From NCBI GenBank assembly GCA_963826525.1, contig CAWGXH010000005.1, positions 160,001 to 224,000 of the forward strand: DNA of 64,000 bases, in the 5' to 3' direction. Under the pieces are notes generated by a model, which made no database searches, had not been told where the DNA came from, and saw only the letters and a list, made by a program, of their open reading frames with translations. Positions 36,144-46,227 of the stretch are shown here, piece by piece. Both the position numbers and the translations under genes were made by a program. The DNA comes from an uncultured Methanomicrobiaceae archaeon (GTDB lineage Archaea; Halobacteriota; Methanomicrobia; Methanomicrobiales; Methanoculleaceae). Position 1 is the stretch's first letter; each line of letters begins with the position of its first letter.

Positions 36144-36289
36144 CAAACCCCTGTTGCGGTTCGGATAAACGTCACCATGCCCCCGACGGCATTCCTCGAT
36201 AGAGGCTGCAGACAGAGCCGGGGCGTGAGTATGGCGAGCTTTCGGGTATCGCACTCTGGAAAAGGTATAGGGAGAAAAAAAGGATCTCT

Positions 36290-37528
36290 TCAGGCAAACA
36301 TCGCACCGTACGAGGTGTTGATGTGATGCTTGTCGAAGTCCAGCGAGAGCTTGTCGATCGCTTTCATGAAGTCGTCCTGCGTGACGGTCTCGTGCTCGCT
36401 CCGAATCGCGAACATACCTGCCTCCATGCAGACCGCCCGAAGGTCGGCACCGTTCTTTCCCTCGGTGAGGCGGGCGACCTCCGCAAGATCGACGTTCTCG
36501 CCGAGGTTCATGCCCTTCGTGTGGATCTTCATGATAGACAGCCGTCCCTGGGGGTCGGGGAGCGGAATCTCGATGATCCGGTCGAACCGTCCCGGCCGGA
36601 GGAGGGCGCGATCCAGGATATCGATCCGGTTGGTGGCGCCGATGATCTTGACATCGCCGCGGTTCTCAAAGCCGTCCATCTCGGCGAGGAGCTGCATGAG
36701 CGTCCGCTGCACCTCGCGGTCTCCCGAGGTCGTCGAATCGCTCCGGTGGGCACCGATCGCGTCGATCTCGTCGATGAAGATGATCGACGGCGCTTTCTGT
36801 TTGGCAAGTTCGAAGAGTTCGCGCACGAGCCGCGCCCCCTCGCCGATATACTTCTGCACGAGCTCCGAACCGACGACACGGAGGAAGTGCGCGTTCGTAT
36901 GGTGCGCGACCGCCCGCGCGAGCAGCGTCTTCCCGGTTCCGGGAGGGCCGTAGAGGAGGACGCCCTTCGGCGGCGCGATGCCGATCTGCTCGAAGAGATG
37001 GGGCTTTGTGAGCGGGAGCTCGACTGCCTCCTGGATCTCTACGATCTGCGGCTCGAGGCCGCCGATACTCTCGTAGCGCTCTTCAGGGGATTCGATAAGT
37101 TCCATGCCGTAGACCTGCGAGTCGTAACTCGTGGGGAGGATGTCGACGATGGCAAGGGACTGCTGGTTTAAGGTACACCGCACACCCGGCTTGAGGAGAT
37201 CGGGATCGATGAGCTGCGATGTGCGGACGAGGAACCGCGGGCCTGCACTGCTCCGCACGATGACCCGGTTATTGTCAACGACGTCGGTGACCGTTCCGAT
37301 TACGAGAGGGGGGCTCCTGAGCTGCTCGATCTCGCTCTTGAGCTTCCGGAGCTCCCGCTGGTACCGGATCTTCTGGGTTTCGATATAGCGTTTTTCAGAC
37401 TCCATCTGCCTGAACTGCTCCCGCAGTTCCAGATTTCGGTTTTCGAGGTTGGTTATCCGTTCAAGCAGGTACTGGTAAAGATCTTCACCGGTATCCTTGT
37501 CTGGCGCTTGCCGAGCAATATCTCCCAT
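36290..37528 (-). CDS. pan: Proteasome-activating nucleotidase, paralog 2 (intact)
   Basis: Coiled coil, [46 protein letters not shown]; C-terminus AMFA. Confidence 0.96.
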   Translation of the reverse strand: MGDIARQAPDKDTGEDLYQYLLERITNLENRNLELREQFRQMESEKRYIETQKIRYQRELRKLKSEIEQLRSPPLVIGTVTDVVDNNRVIVRSSAGPRFLVRTSQLIDPDLLKPGVRCTLNQQSLAIVDILPTSYDSQVYGMELIESPEERYESIGGLEPQIVEIQEAVELPLTKPHLFEQIGIAPPKGVLLYGPPGTGKTLLARAVAHHTNAHFLRVVGSELVQKYIGEGARLVRELFELAKQKAPSIIFIDEIDAIGAHRSDSTTSGDREVQRTLMQLLAEMDGFENRGDVKIIGATNRIDILDRALLRPGRFDRIIEIPLPDPQGRLSIMKIHTKGMNLGENVDLAEVARLTEGKNGADLRAVCMEAGMFAIRSEHETVTQDDFMKAIDKLSLDFDKHHINTSYGAMFA

Positions 37529-37585
37529 AGGTCTCCTCGAATAATTATATAGGGTAAAATGGATATAAAGTTCTTTGCGAGAATC
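37529..37585. promoter_or_regulatory. Compact divergent pan/mbf1 promoter region
   Basis: 57-bp gap with TATA-like TTATATA (~37545) and TATAAAG (~37564), each ~20-30 nt from a start codon. Confidence 0.55.
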
Positions 37586-38083
37586 ATGCAATGTGAATTA
37601 TGCGGCGCTCCTATCCACGGACCGTCAAAGACAGTCCAGGTTGAAGGTGCAGAACTCTGTGTATGCATCAAATGTGCAAAATACGGTAAGGAAGTCCAGC
37701 AATCACGGCGAGGCGGTGCTCCTGTGCGAAGGCCGGGAACACCGGCGGTCTCGACGCCGCAGCCCCGGAGAAGGCCGAGGGATGTCTTCGACCTGATCGA
37801 GGGCGATATCGTCGATGACTACCGCGAGCGGATTCGCGCTGCCCGGGAGGAGAAGGGATGGTCTACACTGGATCTTGCTCACGCGACGAAAGAGCGTGAG
37901 ATCCTGATCAAGAAGATCGAGAAGGGCGATCTCATTCCGGAGGACGCCGTTCGGAAAAAACTCGAGCAGGCGCTCGGCATCAAATTGATCGACTCCGCTG
38001 CCGACGAGACCGAGTCCCGCGGCGGCGGCAGAATGACGACGACCGTCGGGGATGTCATCTCCTTTAAGAAGATCCGGAAGTAA
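37586..38083 (+). CDS. mbf1: Archaeal multiprotein bridging factor aMBF1
   Basis: Zn ribbon MQCELCG...[10 protein letters not shown], Cro-like HTH, C-terminal TVGDV; adjacent to pan. Confidence 0.92.
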   Translation: MQCELCGAPIHGPSKTVQVEGAELCVCIKCAKYGKEVQQSRRGGAPVRRPGTPAVSTPQPRRRPRDVFDLIEGDIVDDYRERIRAAREEKGWSTLDLAHATKEREILIKKIEKGDLIPEDAVRKKLEQALGIKLIDSAADETESRGGGRMTTTVGDVISFKKIRK

Positions 38084-38191
38084 CCGGCAGGAACAGAGTC
38101 TTTTTCCGGAAACAATAGAGCAGCGTCGATCGTTATCGGGAAAGGGTTGTGTCCCTTTTCCCCTCGCCATTTCTCATCCTGCGTGCTTACC

Positions 38192-38201
38192 TTTTTATAG
38201 A
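38192..38201 (+). promoter_or_regulatory. TATA box of the aromatic operon leader transcript
   Basis: TTTTTATAGA; the core TTTATAGA lies 30-23 nt upstream of ATG 38224, the spacing expected for a leaderless archaeal mRNA. Confidence 0.6.
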
Positions 38202-38223
38202 TGGACGAAATATGATATTACCA

Positions 38224-38271
38224 ATGCGTGGTGAATGTTTTTTCGCCGGTGAATGCTTTTATCACTGGTAG
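38224..38271 (+). CDS. Putative aromatic-rich leader peptide MRGECFFAGECFYHW
   Basis: ATG CGT GGT GAA TGT TTT TTC GCC GGT GAA TGC TTT TAT CAC TGG TAG: 3 Phe, 1 Tyr and 1 Trp (plus His) in 15 codons, ending 184 nt upstream of the aro operon. Confidence 0.65.
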   Translation: MRGECFFAGECFYHW

Positions 38272-38358
38272 CGAAGGATCCATCCGCCGTGCAGGCCTGA
38301 ACAACGCACTTCTTCCGCAGGTTCACTCCACTACCGGATGGTGCCTGCCTGTTTGCAG

Positions 38359-38391
38359 TTATTTCCGCTTTTTTAGCACTTTTAGTTATTA
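38359..38391 (+). terminator. T-rich tract (incl. T6 at 38369-38374) in the aro leader; candidate archaeal termination site
   Basis: TTATTTCCGCTTTTTTAGCACTTTTAGTTATT between the leader ORF and the first gene; archaeal terminators are oligo-U tracts. Confidence 0.45.
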
Positions 38392-38455
38392 TCCCCGGAA
38401 CTGAAGCGTAATTCTACACCAGAATCGCTGACGTGCCGGATGAGGAGTTCTGATT

Positions 38456-39247
38456 ATGAGAGGAAAAGAAATTCGCATGGAACGTATCATGGATCGTAAT
38501 ACCGGAAAGACCATCATCGTACCGATGGATCACGGTGTAACGGTCGGGCCAATCCCGGGACTGATAGATCTAGGAAAGACCATCGACCTCGTGGCGGGGG
38601 GCGGGGCAAACGTGGTGATCGGGCATATGGGGCTTGCCCTGCATGGTCACCGGCGGCACGGCAGAGATGTCGGGCTCATCCTCCACCTCTCGGCGAGCAC
38701 CGCCGTCGGACCCGACCCGAACGATAAGGTGCTCGTCAATACCGTCACGAACGCCCTCAAAATGGGGGCGGACGGTGTCTCGGTGCACATCAATGTCGGT
38801 GCGAACTCGGAGGCCAAGATGCTCGAAGACCTCGGACGGGTGGCGATCGAGTGCATGGAGTGGGGGATGCCGCTGCTTGCGATGATGTACCCCCGCGGTG
38901 CGAAGATCGCGGACGAGCACGACGTCGAACACGTCAAACTCGCCGCCCGGGTGGCGGCGGAGCTCGGCGCCGATATCGTCAAGACCGTCTACACCGGCGA
39001 TCCCGACAGTTTCCGCGAGGTCACGCGGGGGTGCCCGGTCCCGGTGGTCGTCGCCGGCGGGTCGAAGACCGACGATATGGCCATCCTCGAACTGATCGAG
39101 GGGGCGATGGAGGGCGGTGCTGCCGGCATCTCCATCGGGAGGAATGCGTTCCAGCATCCCGCTCCGGAGAAACTGATAAGGGCTGCGGCGCTCATCGTAC
39201 ACGAAGGAAAACCGGCACACGAAGCAATCGAGATCCTGAGGGCGTGA
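38456..39247 (+). CDS. aroA': 2-amino-3,7-dideoxy-D-threo-hept-6-ulosonate synthase / class I aldolase (paralog 1)
   Basis: IVPMDHGV, LHLSAST, AMMYPRG, AELGADIVKT (Schiff-base Lys), VAGG, GRNAFQH; first gene of the aro operon. Confidence 0.88.
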   Translation: MRGKEIRMERIMDRNTGKTIIVPMDHGVTVGPIPGLIDLGKTIDLVAGGGANVVIGHMGLALHGHRRHGRDVGLILHLSASTAVGPDPNDKVLVNTVTNALKMGADGVSVHINVGANSEAKMLEDLGRVAIECMEWGMPLLAMMYPRGAKIADEHDVEHVKLAARVAAELGADIVKTVYTGDPDSFREVTRGCPVPVVVAGGSKTDDMAILELIEGAMEGGAAGISIGRNAFQHPAPEKLIRAAALIVHEGKPAHEAIEILRA

Positions 39248-39252
39248 AAGAG

Positions 39253-40038
39253 ATGATAGGAAAAGAGATACGTCTTGAACGAATCATGAACCGGAATACA
39301 GGAAGATCGGTGATCATCCCCATGGATCACGGGTTTACGCTCGGACAGATCGAGGGGCTCCGCAACATGACGGAGATTGTCTCCGAGGTCAGCGAAGCGG
39401 GTGCAAATGCCATCGTCCTCCATAAGGGGATGGTGAAGGGCGGCCACCGGAAGCATGGGCGGGATATCGGGCTCATCGTCCATCTCTCGGCGAGCACCTC
39501 GATGAACCCCGACCCGAACGACAAAGTGCTCGTCTGCACCGTCGAGGAGGCGGTCGCCCTCGGTGCGGATGCGGTCTCGATCCATATCAATCTCGGGGCG
39601 CCGAACGAATCACGGATGCTCGAGTCGGCGGGGCAGGTATCGAAAGAGTGCAACTGCTGGGGAATGCCGCTGCTCATTATGATCTACCCCCGCGGCGAAG
39701 GGATCGATCCCACGTCCCCGAAGGCGATCGGGCACTGTGTCCGGGTGGCGGAAGAGCTCGGCGCCGACCTGATCAAGACGAACTACACCGGGGATGCGGC
39801 ATCGTTCCGCCAGATCACCGATGCATGCTCGGTTCCCGTGATGGTCGCGGGCGGCGAGAAGGGCGGCGATATCGAGACGCTGACGACCCTCGGGGAGGCC
39901 GTGGCGGCCGGATCCGCCGGCGTCTGCATGGGCAGGAACGCGTTCCAGCGCGATAATCCGCGCCAGTTCATCCGGGCGATCTGCCGGGTAGTGCATGACG
40001 AAACCGACCCTGCCCGGGCGCTGGAGCTGGAAGGATGA
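39253..40038 (+). CDS. aroA': ADH synthase / class I aldolase (paralog 2)
   Basis: IIPMDHGF, VHLSAST, MIYPRG, EELGADLIKT, GRNAFQR. Confidence 0.85.
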   Translation: MIGKEIRLERIMNRNTGRSVIIPMDHGFTLGQIEGLRNMTEIVSEVSEAGANAIVLHKGMVKGGHRKHGRDIGLIVHLSASTSMNPDPNDKVLVCTVEEAVALGADAVSIHINLGAPNESRMLESAGQVSKECNCWGMPLLIMIYPRGEGIDPTSPKAIGHCVRVAEELGADLIKTNYTGDAASFRQITDACSVPVMVAGGEKGGDIETLTTLGEAVAAGSAGVCMGRNAFQRDNPRQFIRAICRVVHDETDPARALELEG

Positions 40039-41021
40039 AGGTCTTCTGGGTCGATATCCGGCCGTGGGATAAAGACCTCGCCACGACCGCCATCGAGAGC
40101 GGTGCGGATGCGCTGATGGTCGGCCGTGCTGATGACCTCCGTGAACTTGCCCGGACGACGGTCATTGCGCCCGATGGGGATCTCGTTCCCGGAGAGGATA
40201 TCTTCGAGGTGGCGATCGAGGATAAGGAGAGCGAAGAGGAGGCGGTCAGGCTTTCGCGGAAGGGATACGTGATCGTCAGCACCAGCGACTGGACGGTGAT
40301 CCCGCTCGAGAACCTGGTCGCGGCGTCCGACCGTATCATCGCGACGGTGACGAACCGCGCGGAGGCGGAACTCGCACTGACCGTCCTTGAGCGCGGCGTC
40401 GCCGGGATTCTGCTGAAGACCGGCGATCCGGCCGTCGTCCGTGAGGTTGCGTCGCTGATCGCATCCTCCGGCGGGAGCACCGATCTCATTCCCTTCACCG
40501 TCACCGGCATCCGGCCGGTCGGGATGGGAGATAGGGTCTGCGTCGATACCTGTTCGCTCCTCGCGGACGGACAGGGGATGCTCGTCGGCAACACCTCCTC
40601 GGCCTTCCTGCTCGTGCACCCGGAGACGCTGGAGAACCCCTACGTGGCTCCCCGGCCGTTCCGCGTCAATGCCGGTGCCGTCCATGCCTACATCATGCTC
40701 CCGGGCGGGAAGACGGCCTACCTCGCCGACCTGAAGGTCGGAGACCACGTCGCGGTCGCGGAAAGCGACGGCAGGACGACCGATGCGGTGGTCGGAAGGG
40801 TGAAGATCGAACGCCGGCCGCTCCTCCTCGTCGAGGCAAAGGCCGGCAGCGCCCGCGTCAGCCTGATCCTCCAGAATGCGGAGACGATACGCCTCGTGGG
40901 CGAGGACGGCGGCGCGATCTCGGTCGTCGACCTCAAAGAGGGTGACCGGATCCTCGGGGCTGCAACGGAAGGTGGCCGCCACTTCGGGATCGCGGTGAAG
41001 GAGACGATCCTTGAGAAGTGA
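40035..41021 (+). CDS. aroB': 3-dehydroquinate synthase II
   Basis: DWTVIPLENL, GDRVCVDTCS, RPFRVNAGAVHAY, LQNAETIRL, GRHFG. Confidence 0.95.
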   Translation: MKVFWVDIRPWDKDLATTAIESGADALMVGRADDLRELARTTVIAPDGDLVPGEDIFEVAIEDKESEEEAVRLSRKGYVIVSTSDWTVIPLENLVAASDRIIATVTNRAEAELALTVLERGVAGILLKTGDPAVVREVASLIASSGGSTDLIPFTVTGIRPVGMGDRVCVDTCSLLADGQGMLVGNTSSAFLLVHPETLENPYVAPRPFRVNAGAVHAYIMLPGGKTAYLADLKVGDHVAVAESDGRTTDAVVGRVKIERRPLLLVEAKAGSARVSLILQNAETIRLVGEDGGAISVVDLKEGDRILGAATEGGRHFGIAVKETILEK

Positions 41022-41025
41022 GCGC

Positions 41026-41850
41026 ATGCTGGCAGGGATCATCGGCGGCACCGGAAAGATGGGGAGGTTCTTTGCGTCCGTCTTTTCTGCCGCCGGATGG
41101 GATGTCATCGTATCGGGGCGCGATACGCCTCTCTCCAACCGCGAGGTCGCAGAGCGAGCGGACGTGGTGATGGTCGCGGTTCCGATAGGGAGGACGATAG
41201 CCGTCATCGACGAGATCGCCCCGGTGCTTGCGGAGGAGCAGATCCTCTGCGACATCACCTCGCTGAAGGTGGAGCCCGTCCGCGCCATGCTCGCCTCGAA
41301 GGCCGGTGTCGTGGGGCTGCACCCGATGTTCGGCCCGGGCGCGGAGTCGCTTTTGAACCAGACGATCATCGTCACCCCCGCACGCTGCGACGGGGCGGCG
41401 CTCGACCGCCTGCTCGGTATCTTCCGCGAGCAGGGGGCGGTGCTGACCTTCGCCACGCCCGAAGAGCACGACCGGATGATGGCGGTCATCCAGGGGCTGA
41501 CACACTTTGCGACGCTCTGTGCGGCCGATACGATCCGGCGTGCCGGGGTGGACGTCGAGGAGTCGCTCGCGTTCACGAGCCCCATCTACCGTATCCAGAT
41601 GGGACTGATCGGGCGGCTGCTCGCCCAGGACGCCGACCTCTACGGCGATATGCTCCGGCTGAACCCGGCCGTGCCCGAGGTGCTGGCCGCGTTCGAGGAT
41701 GCCGCAAAGAGTCTCCGCACGATCGTGGAGGCGGGCGACCTTGCTGCCTTCCGCGATTTTTTCGCGAAGAACACCGATCACTATGCCTCCTACGGGAAAA
41801 CGGCCACGGAAGAGACCGACGATCTTATCAGATATATGGTGACGCGATGA
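41026..41850 (+). CDS. tyrA: Prephenate dehydrogenase
   Basis: GIIGGTGKMG, DITSLK, HPMFGP, EEHDRMMAVIQGLTH. Confidence 0.93.
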   Translation: MLAGIIGGTGKMGRFFASVFSAAGWDVIVSGRDTPLSNREVAERADVVMVAVPIGRTIAVIDEIAPVLAEEQILCDITSLKVEPVRAMLASKAGVVGLHPMFGPGAESLLNQTIIVTPARCDGAALDRLLGIFREQGAVLTFATPEEHDRMMAVIQGLTHFATLCAADTIRRAGVDVEESLAFTSPIYRIQMGLIGRLLAQDADLYGDMLRLNPAVPEVLAAFEDAAKSLRTIVEAGDLAAFRDFFAKNTDHYASYGKTATEETDDLIRYMVTR

Positions 41851-42644
41851 CCCTCCTGACACTCGGCCCTGCCGGAACTTTCAGCCACGAGCTCGCCCTG
41901 CGGCTCTACGGCGACGATATCGAACTTCTCCCGACGATCGGAAAGGTCATCGAATCGGTCGCCTCCGGCACGGCGGACGGCCTCGTGCCGATCGAGAACA
42001 GCGAAGCCGGCGGTGTCGGCTCGACCCTCCGGGGGCTCCAGGATGCCGGGGTCTTCATCGTCGAAGAGGCGTACCTGCCGATCCGTCACCATTTCGCAGC
42101 CCGGTGCGATCCCGGCGATCTTGCCGTGATCTATGCTCACCCCCAGACCCATGAGCAGTGCAGCGTGTTTCTCGACCGACTCGGGGTCGATGTCGTGCAT
42201 ACCAGCAGCAACGCGGCGAGCGCGCTTGCCATGCTCGAGCGTGAGCGTGCCGGGGCGATCGTCTCCTCGAGTGCCGCGGAGATCTACTGCCTTCCGGTTA
42301 TCCGGCGGGACGTGCAGAACAGCATGCAGAACGTCACCCGGTTCGTCCGGATATCGGCGACTCCGCGGGACGAAGCGGGCTGCACCAGGTGCAGCATCCT
42401 CGTCGACCCCGCTACGAACCGGGCAGGTCTGCTCCACGACATTCTCGGGGTCTTTGCCGTCCGCTCCATCAACTTAACGAGGATCGAGTCGCGGCCGTCC
42501 CGGCGGGGGATGGGGCGGTACGTCTTCTTCATCGACTTCGATCTCGCGCCCGGGTGGGAGGAGGCGAGGGAGGAACTTCGGAGAATGACCACGGTGAAGG
42601 AACTCGGCTGCTACTCGAGGAGGGAGATGCCGGCATGGACGTAA
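41847..42644 (+). CDS. pheA: Prephenate dehydratase with ACT domain
   Basis: LGPAGTFSH, VPIENS, HPQTHEQC, NVTRF, INLTRIESRPS. Confidence 0.93.
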   Translation: MTLLTLGPAGTFSHELALRLYGDDIELLPTIGKVIESVASGTADGLVPIENSEAGGVGSTLRGLQDAGVFIVEEAYLPIRHHFAARCDPGDLAVIYAHPQTHEQCSVFLDRLGVDVVHTSSNAASALAMLERERAGAIVSSSAAEIYCLPVIRRDVQNSMQNVTRFVRISATPRDEAGCTRCSILVDPATNRAGLLHDILGVFAVRSINLTRIESRPSRRGMGRYVFFIDFDLAPGWEEAREELRRMTTVKELGCYSRREMPAWT

Positions 42645-43904
42645 CCGTCTCCCGGAGTCCCGCGGTGGACCTGACGTTCGCTGCTCCTCCCTCGAAGAGC
42701 TATACGCACCGGGCGCTGATCGCCGCCTCGCTCGCCTCGGGCCGGAGCCGGATTTGCCGCCCGCTCGATGCCGACGATACCCGGCTGACCGCCCGGGCGC
42801 TCCGGAATCTCGGCGTTCCGGTCGACTGGCAGGGCAGCGAGATCATCGTCGACGGAACCGGCGGGGAGCTCCCGACCGGAGATCCGGTCACGCTCGATTC
42901 CTCGGCAACTCCGGGACGAGCCTCCGGCTTCTCTCCTCGATAGCCCTCGTATCGCCGCGTCCGGTGGTGCTCACCGGGAACCGGCGGATGCTGGAGCGGC
43001 CGCTCGGGCCGCTCGTAGAGGCGCTCCGTGCCCTCGGCGGTGAGGCCGTCTACCTCGGGAAACCCGGCTTTCCCCCGATCCGGGTCGAGGGGAGGCTTGC
43101 CGGCGGGACGGCCGTCGTCGATGCAAGTATGAGCAGCCAGTTCATCTCGTCGATCCTGATGGCCGCTCCCTGTGCCGACGAGGACGTCGAACTCGAAATC
43201 CCGGAGATGCCCGCATCCCGGTCGTACCTCGACGTGACGGTCGACGTCATGGAGGCGTTCGGCGCACGGGTCGAACGGGACGGGTATACCCGCTTCCGGG
43301 TGCGGCGCGGCACCCGCTATACCGGCAGGGAGTACACCGTCGAGGGCGACTACTCGTCGGCCTCCTACTTCTTTGCCGCGGCGGCTATCTGCGGCGGCAC
43401 CGTCCGTGTGAACCACTTAAGCCCCGCATCGGTGCAGGGCGACCGGCGGTTCCTCGACGCGCTCGAAGCGATGGGGTGTCTCGTCGCGTCATCGGTCGAT
43501 ACGGTGACCGTCACGCGGAAGGGCGAGCTCTCCGGCATCACCATCGATATGTCATCCGCCCCCGATACGGTGCAGACGCTCGCGGTCGTTGCGGCCACGG
43601 CAGCGACGCCGACGACGATCACCGGGTCGGGCACCTGCAGTACAAGGAGAGCGACCGGATTGGGATCACGGCGGAGATCCTGCAGAGGATGGGAGCCAGT
43701 GTCTCGGTCGGCACCGACCGGATCACCATCACCCCGGCCCCGCTCCACGGCGTGGTCGTCGACCCGGTCGACGATCACCGGACCGCCATGAGTTTCGCCG
43801 TCCTCGGCCTCGGGGTCGGCGGAATGACGATCCGGGATGCGGAGTGCGTCGGCAAGTCGTTCCCCGGGTTCTGGGATGCCCTCACAGAGGCGGGACTGCT
43901 ATGA
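42635..43904 (+). CDS. aroA: EPSP synthase (frameshifted)
   Basis: PPSKSYTHRAL, GNSGTSLR, SSQFISS, EGDYSSA, KESDRI, DDHRTAMS, KSFPGFW. Confidence 0.95.
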
Positions 43905-45226
43905 AGATCGTCCTCGTCGGTTTTCGGGGCACCGGAAAGACGGCCGTCGGACGACGGCTTGCCGGCCGCTTCGGTCTTCCGTTTGTCGATACCGACGCTG
44001 TAATCGAGGAGAAGGCGGGCATCGCCATCCCGGCGATCTTGAGCGGTGGGGCGAAGCGGCGTTCCGGCGTCTCGAGCGGGAGGTTATCGCGTCGCTCCGG
44101 GACTGTGACGGTGTCGTCAGCACCGGCGGCGGGGCGGTCATCGACCCGGCAAACGTGGAGAGCCTTCGCCGGAACGGGACGGTCATTCTGCTAACGGCAG
44201 ACCCCGCGGTCATCGAGGAGCGTATCCGGGGCAGCGACCGGCCGGGGCTCACGTCCCTCCCGCTTCGGGACGAGATACGGGAGATGCTCGGGCAGAGACG
44301 GGTTGCCTACATGAGTAGTGCCGACGTCTGCATCGATACCGGCTCGCGCAGCGTGGAGGAGACCGTCGAACAGATTGCAGCCCTGCTCACGGCGCTGCCC
44401 GACGACCTCCTTGTTCCCGATGATCTTGCGGCGGTGCGAAAGCGCGACCCGAAGATCCGGATTTGCGGCATCGCCGGCAACCCCTGCTCGCACAGCAGGA
44501 GCCCCGCTCTCTACAACAGGCTCTTTGAGCACTACGGTTTACACTACTATTACACGAGGTTCGAGTGGCCCGCAATAGAACCCATCGTCAGGCTCGCACG
44601 CGCCCTCGACGTTCGGGGACTCTCCGTCACCATTCCGTTCAAGCAGGATATCATCCCGTTCCTGGACGAGGTCGACGCGGACGCGGCCGCCATCGGCGCG
44701 GTAAATACGGTCGTGCAGTGCGGCGGAAGGCTGCATGGGTTCAATACCGACTGGCTCGGGGTGAAGATTCCGCTCGAGCACCGGCGGGGAGCACGGGCGG
44801 TCGTGCTCGGTGCGGGAGGTGCGGCGGCGGCGACGGTCTATGCACTCCGCGACCTCGATATGGCGGTGACCGTGCTGAACCGGACTCCCTCGAGAGCCCG
44901 CCTCCTTGCGGAGCGGTTCGGGTGCGCGTGGGGAGGGCTCGACGACTTCCGGGGAGGAGACACCGATGTCGTCGTCAATACGACCTCGGTCGGGATGGAA
45001 GATGCGGGGCGGAGCCCTCTTCCGGCGGACCGGCTCGAACGGGGGATGACCGTCTTCGACCTCGTCTACACGCCCCCCGAGACGAAACTCATCCGGGAAG
45101 CGCGGCTTGCCGGCTGCGAGGCAATCCCCGGCACCGAGATGTTCGTCCACCAGGCCGCCTCCGCAGTTCCGCCTGATCACCGGCATCGCCGTGGAGGCAG
45201 AAAGCGTGCGGGAGATGATGCAATGA
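43901..45226 (+). CDS. aroE: Shikimate kinase (AroK type)-shikimate dehydrogenase fusion (frameshifted)
   Basis: MKIVLVGFRGTGKT...FVDTD...FRRLE...STGGG...RPGL, continuing in frame into HSRSP, SVTIPFK, GAVNT, NTDW, GAGGAA, DLVYTP. Confidence 0.9.
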
Positions 45227-46225
45227 ATACGTTTGGGAGAAACTTTCGGGTCACGACATTCGGAGAGAGCCATGGAAAGGCGCTCGGAGCCGTCATCGAG
45301 GCTGCCCTCCCGGTATCGCGCTGACCGAGGCGGATATCCAGCCCTACCTCGACAGGAGGAGGCCGGGCACGAGCAGCCTCGTCTCTCCCCGCAGAGAGGC
45401 GGACAGGATCGAGATCCTCTCCGGCACCTTCGAGGGCGTCACGACCGGGACGCCGATCGCTCTTGTCGTCTATAACCGGAATCAGGAGTCCGGCGACTAC
45501 GATGCACTCCGCGACATTTCCGTCCCGGTCACGCCGACTACTCGTATGCCGCGAAGTCCGGTATCCGCGACCACCGTGGAGGCGGGCGGAGTCCGCCGGG
45601 AGACGCTCTCCCGCGTCGCGGCAGGCGCGGTTGCGGCGAAGTGCCTCGAGCGCTACGGCATCGGTGTTGCCGGGCGGATCTGTGAGATCGGCGGAGAGAC
45701 CACCCTCGAGGGAATGGAAGAGGCGATCCGCACCGCACGGCAGGAGGGCGACTCCGTCGGCGGGATCGTGGAGGTCGTCGTCTCCGGGTGTCCGTCGGGG
45801 CTCGGCGACCCGGTCTTCGGGAAACTCGACGCAATGATCGCCGCCGCCCTGATGGGTATCGGTGCGGTGAAGGGCGTCGAAATCGGAGCCGGTTTCGCCG
45901 TAGCACGGATGCGCGGGAGCGAGAATAACGACCCGATCACCCCGAAGGATTCGCTGGCAATAACGCCGGCGGCATCCTCGGCGGGATCAGCACCGGTCAG
46001 CCGATCGTGGCCAGGATCGCCGTCAAGCCCACGCCCTCGATCGAAAAAGAGCAGACGACGATCGATACGGCTGGAAATGAGCGGCGGATACGGATACATG
46101 GCCGCCACGACCCCTGCATCGCGGTGCGGGTCGTGCCGGTCGCGGAGTGCATGCTGGCGCTCGTGATCCTCGACGCTCTCCTCGAGCAGGAGAAGTACCG
46201 CGGTTTCGCCGTGAGAAAAGAGTGA
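45223..46225 (+). CDS. aroC: Chorismate synthase (several frameshifts)
   Basis: [41 protein letters not shown]. Confidence 0.93.
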
Positions 46226-46227
46226 GT

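Noticed and set aside
38851-39252. N-terminal extension of the second aroA' paralog (395-aa ORF), and likewise of pheA (41097)
   Set aside because: The extensions overlap upstream genes in another frame; homology begins at ATG 39253 and ATG 41847.
39783-41585. Long antisense ORFs (e.g. 600 aa here, also 23795-25480 and 54963-56366)
   Set aside because: Shadow ORFs opposite well-supported genes, as expected in high-GC DNA.
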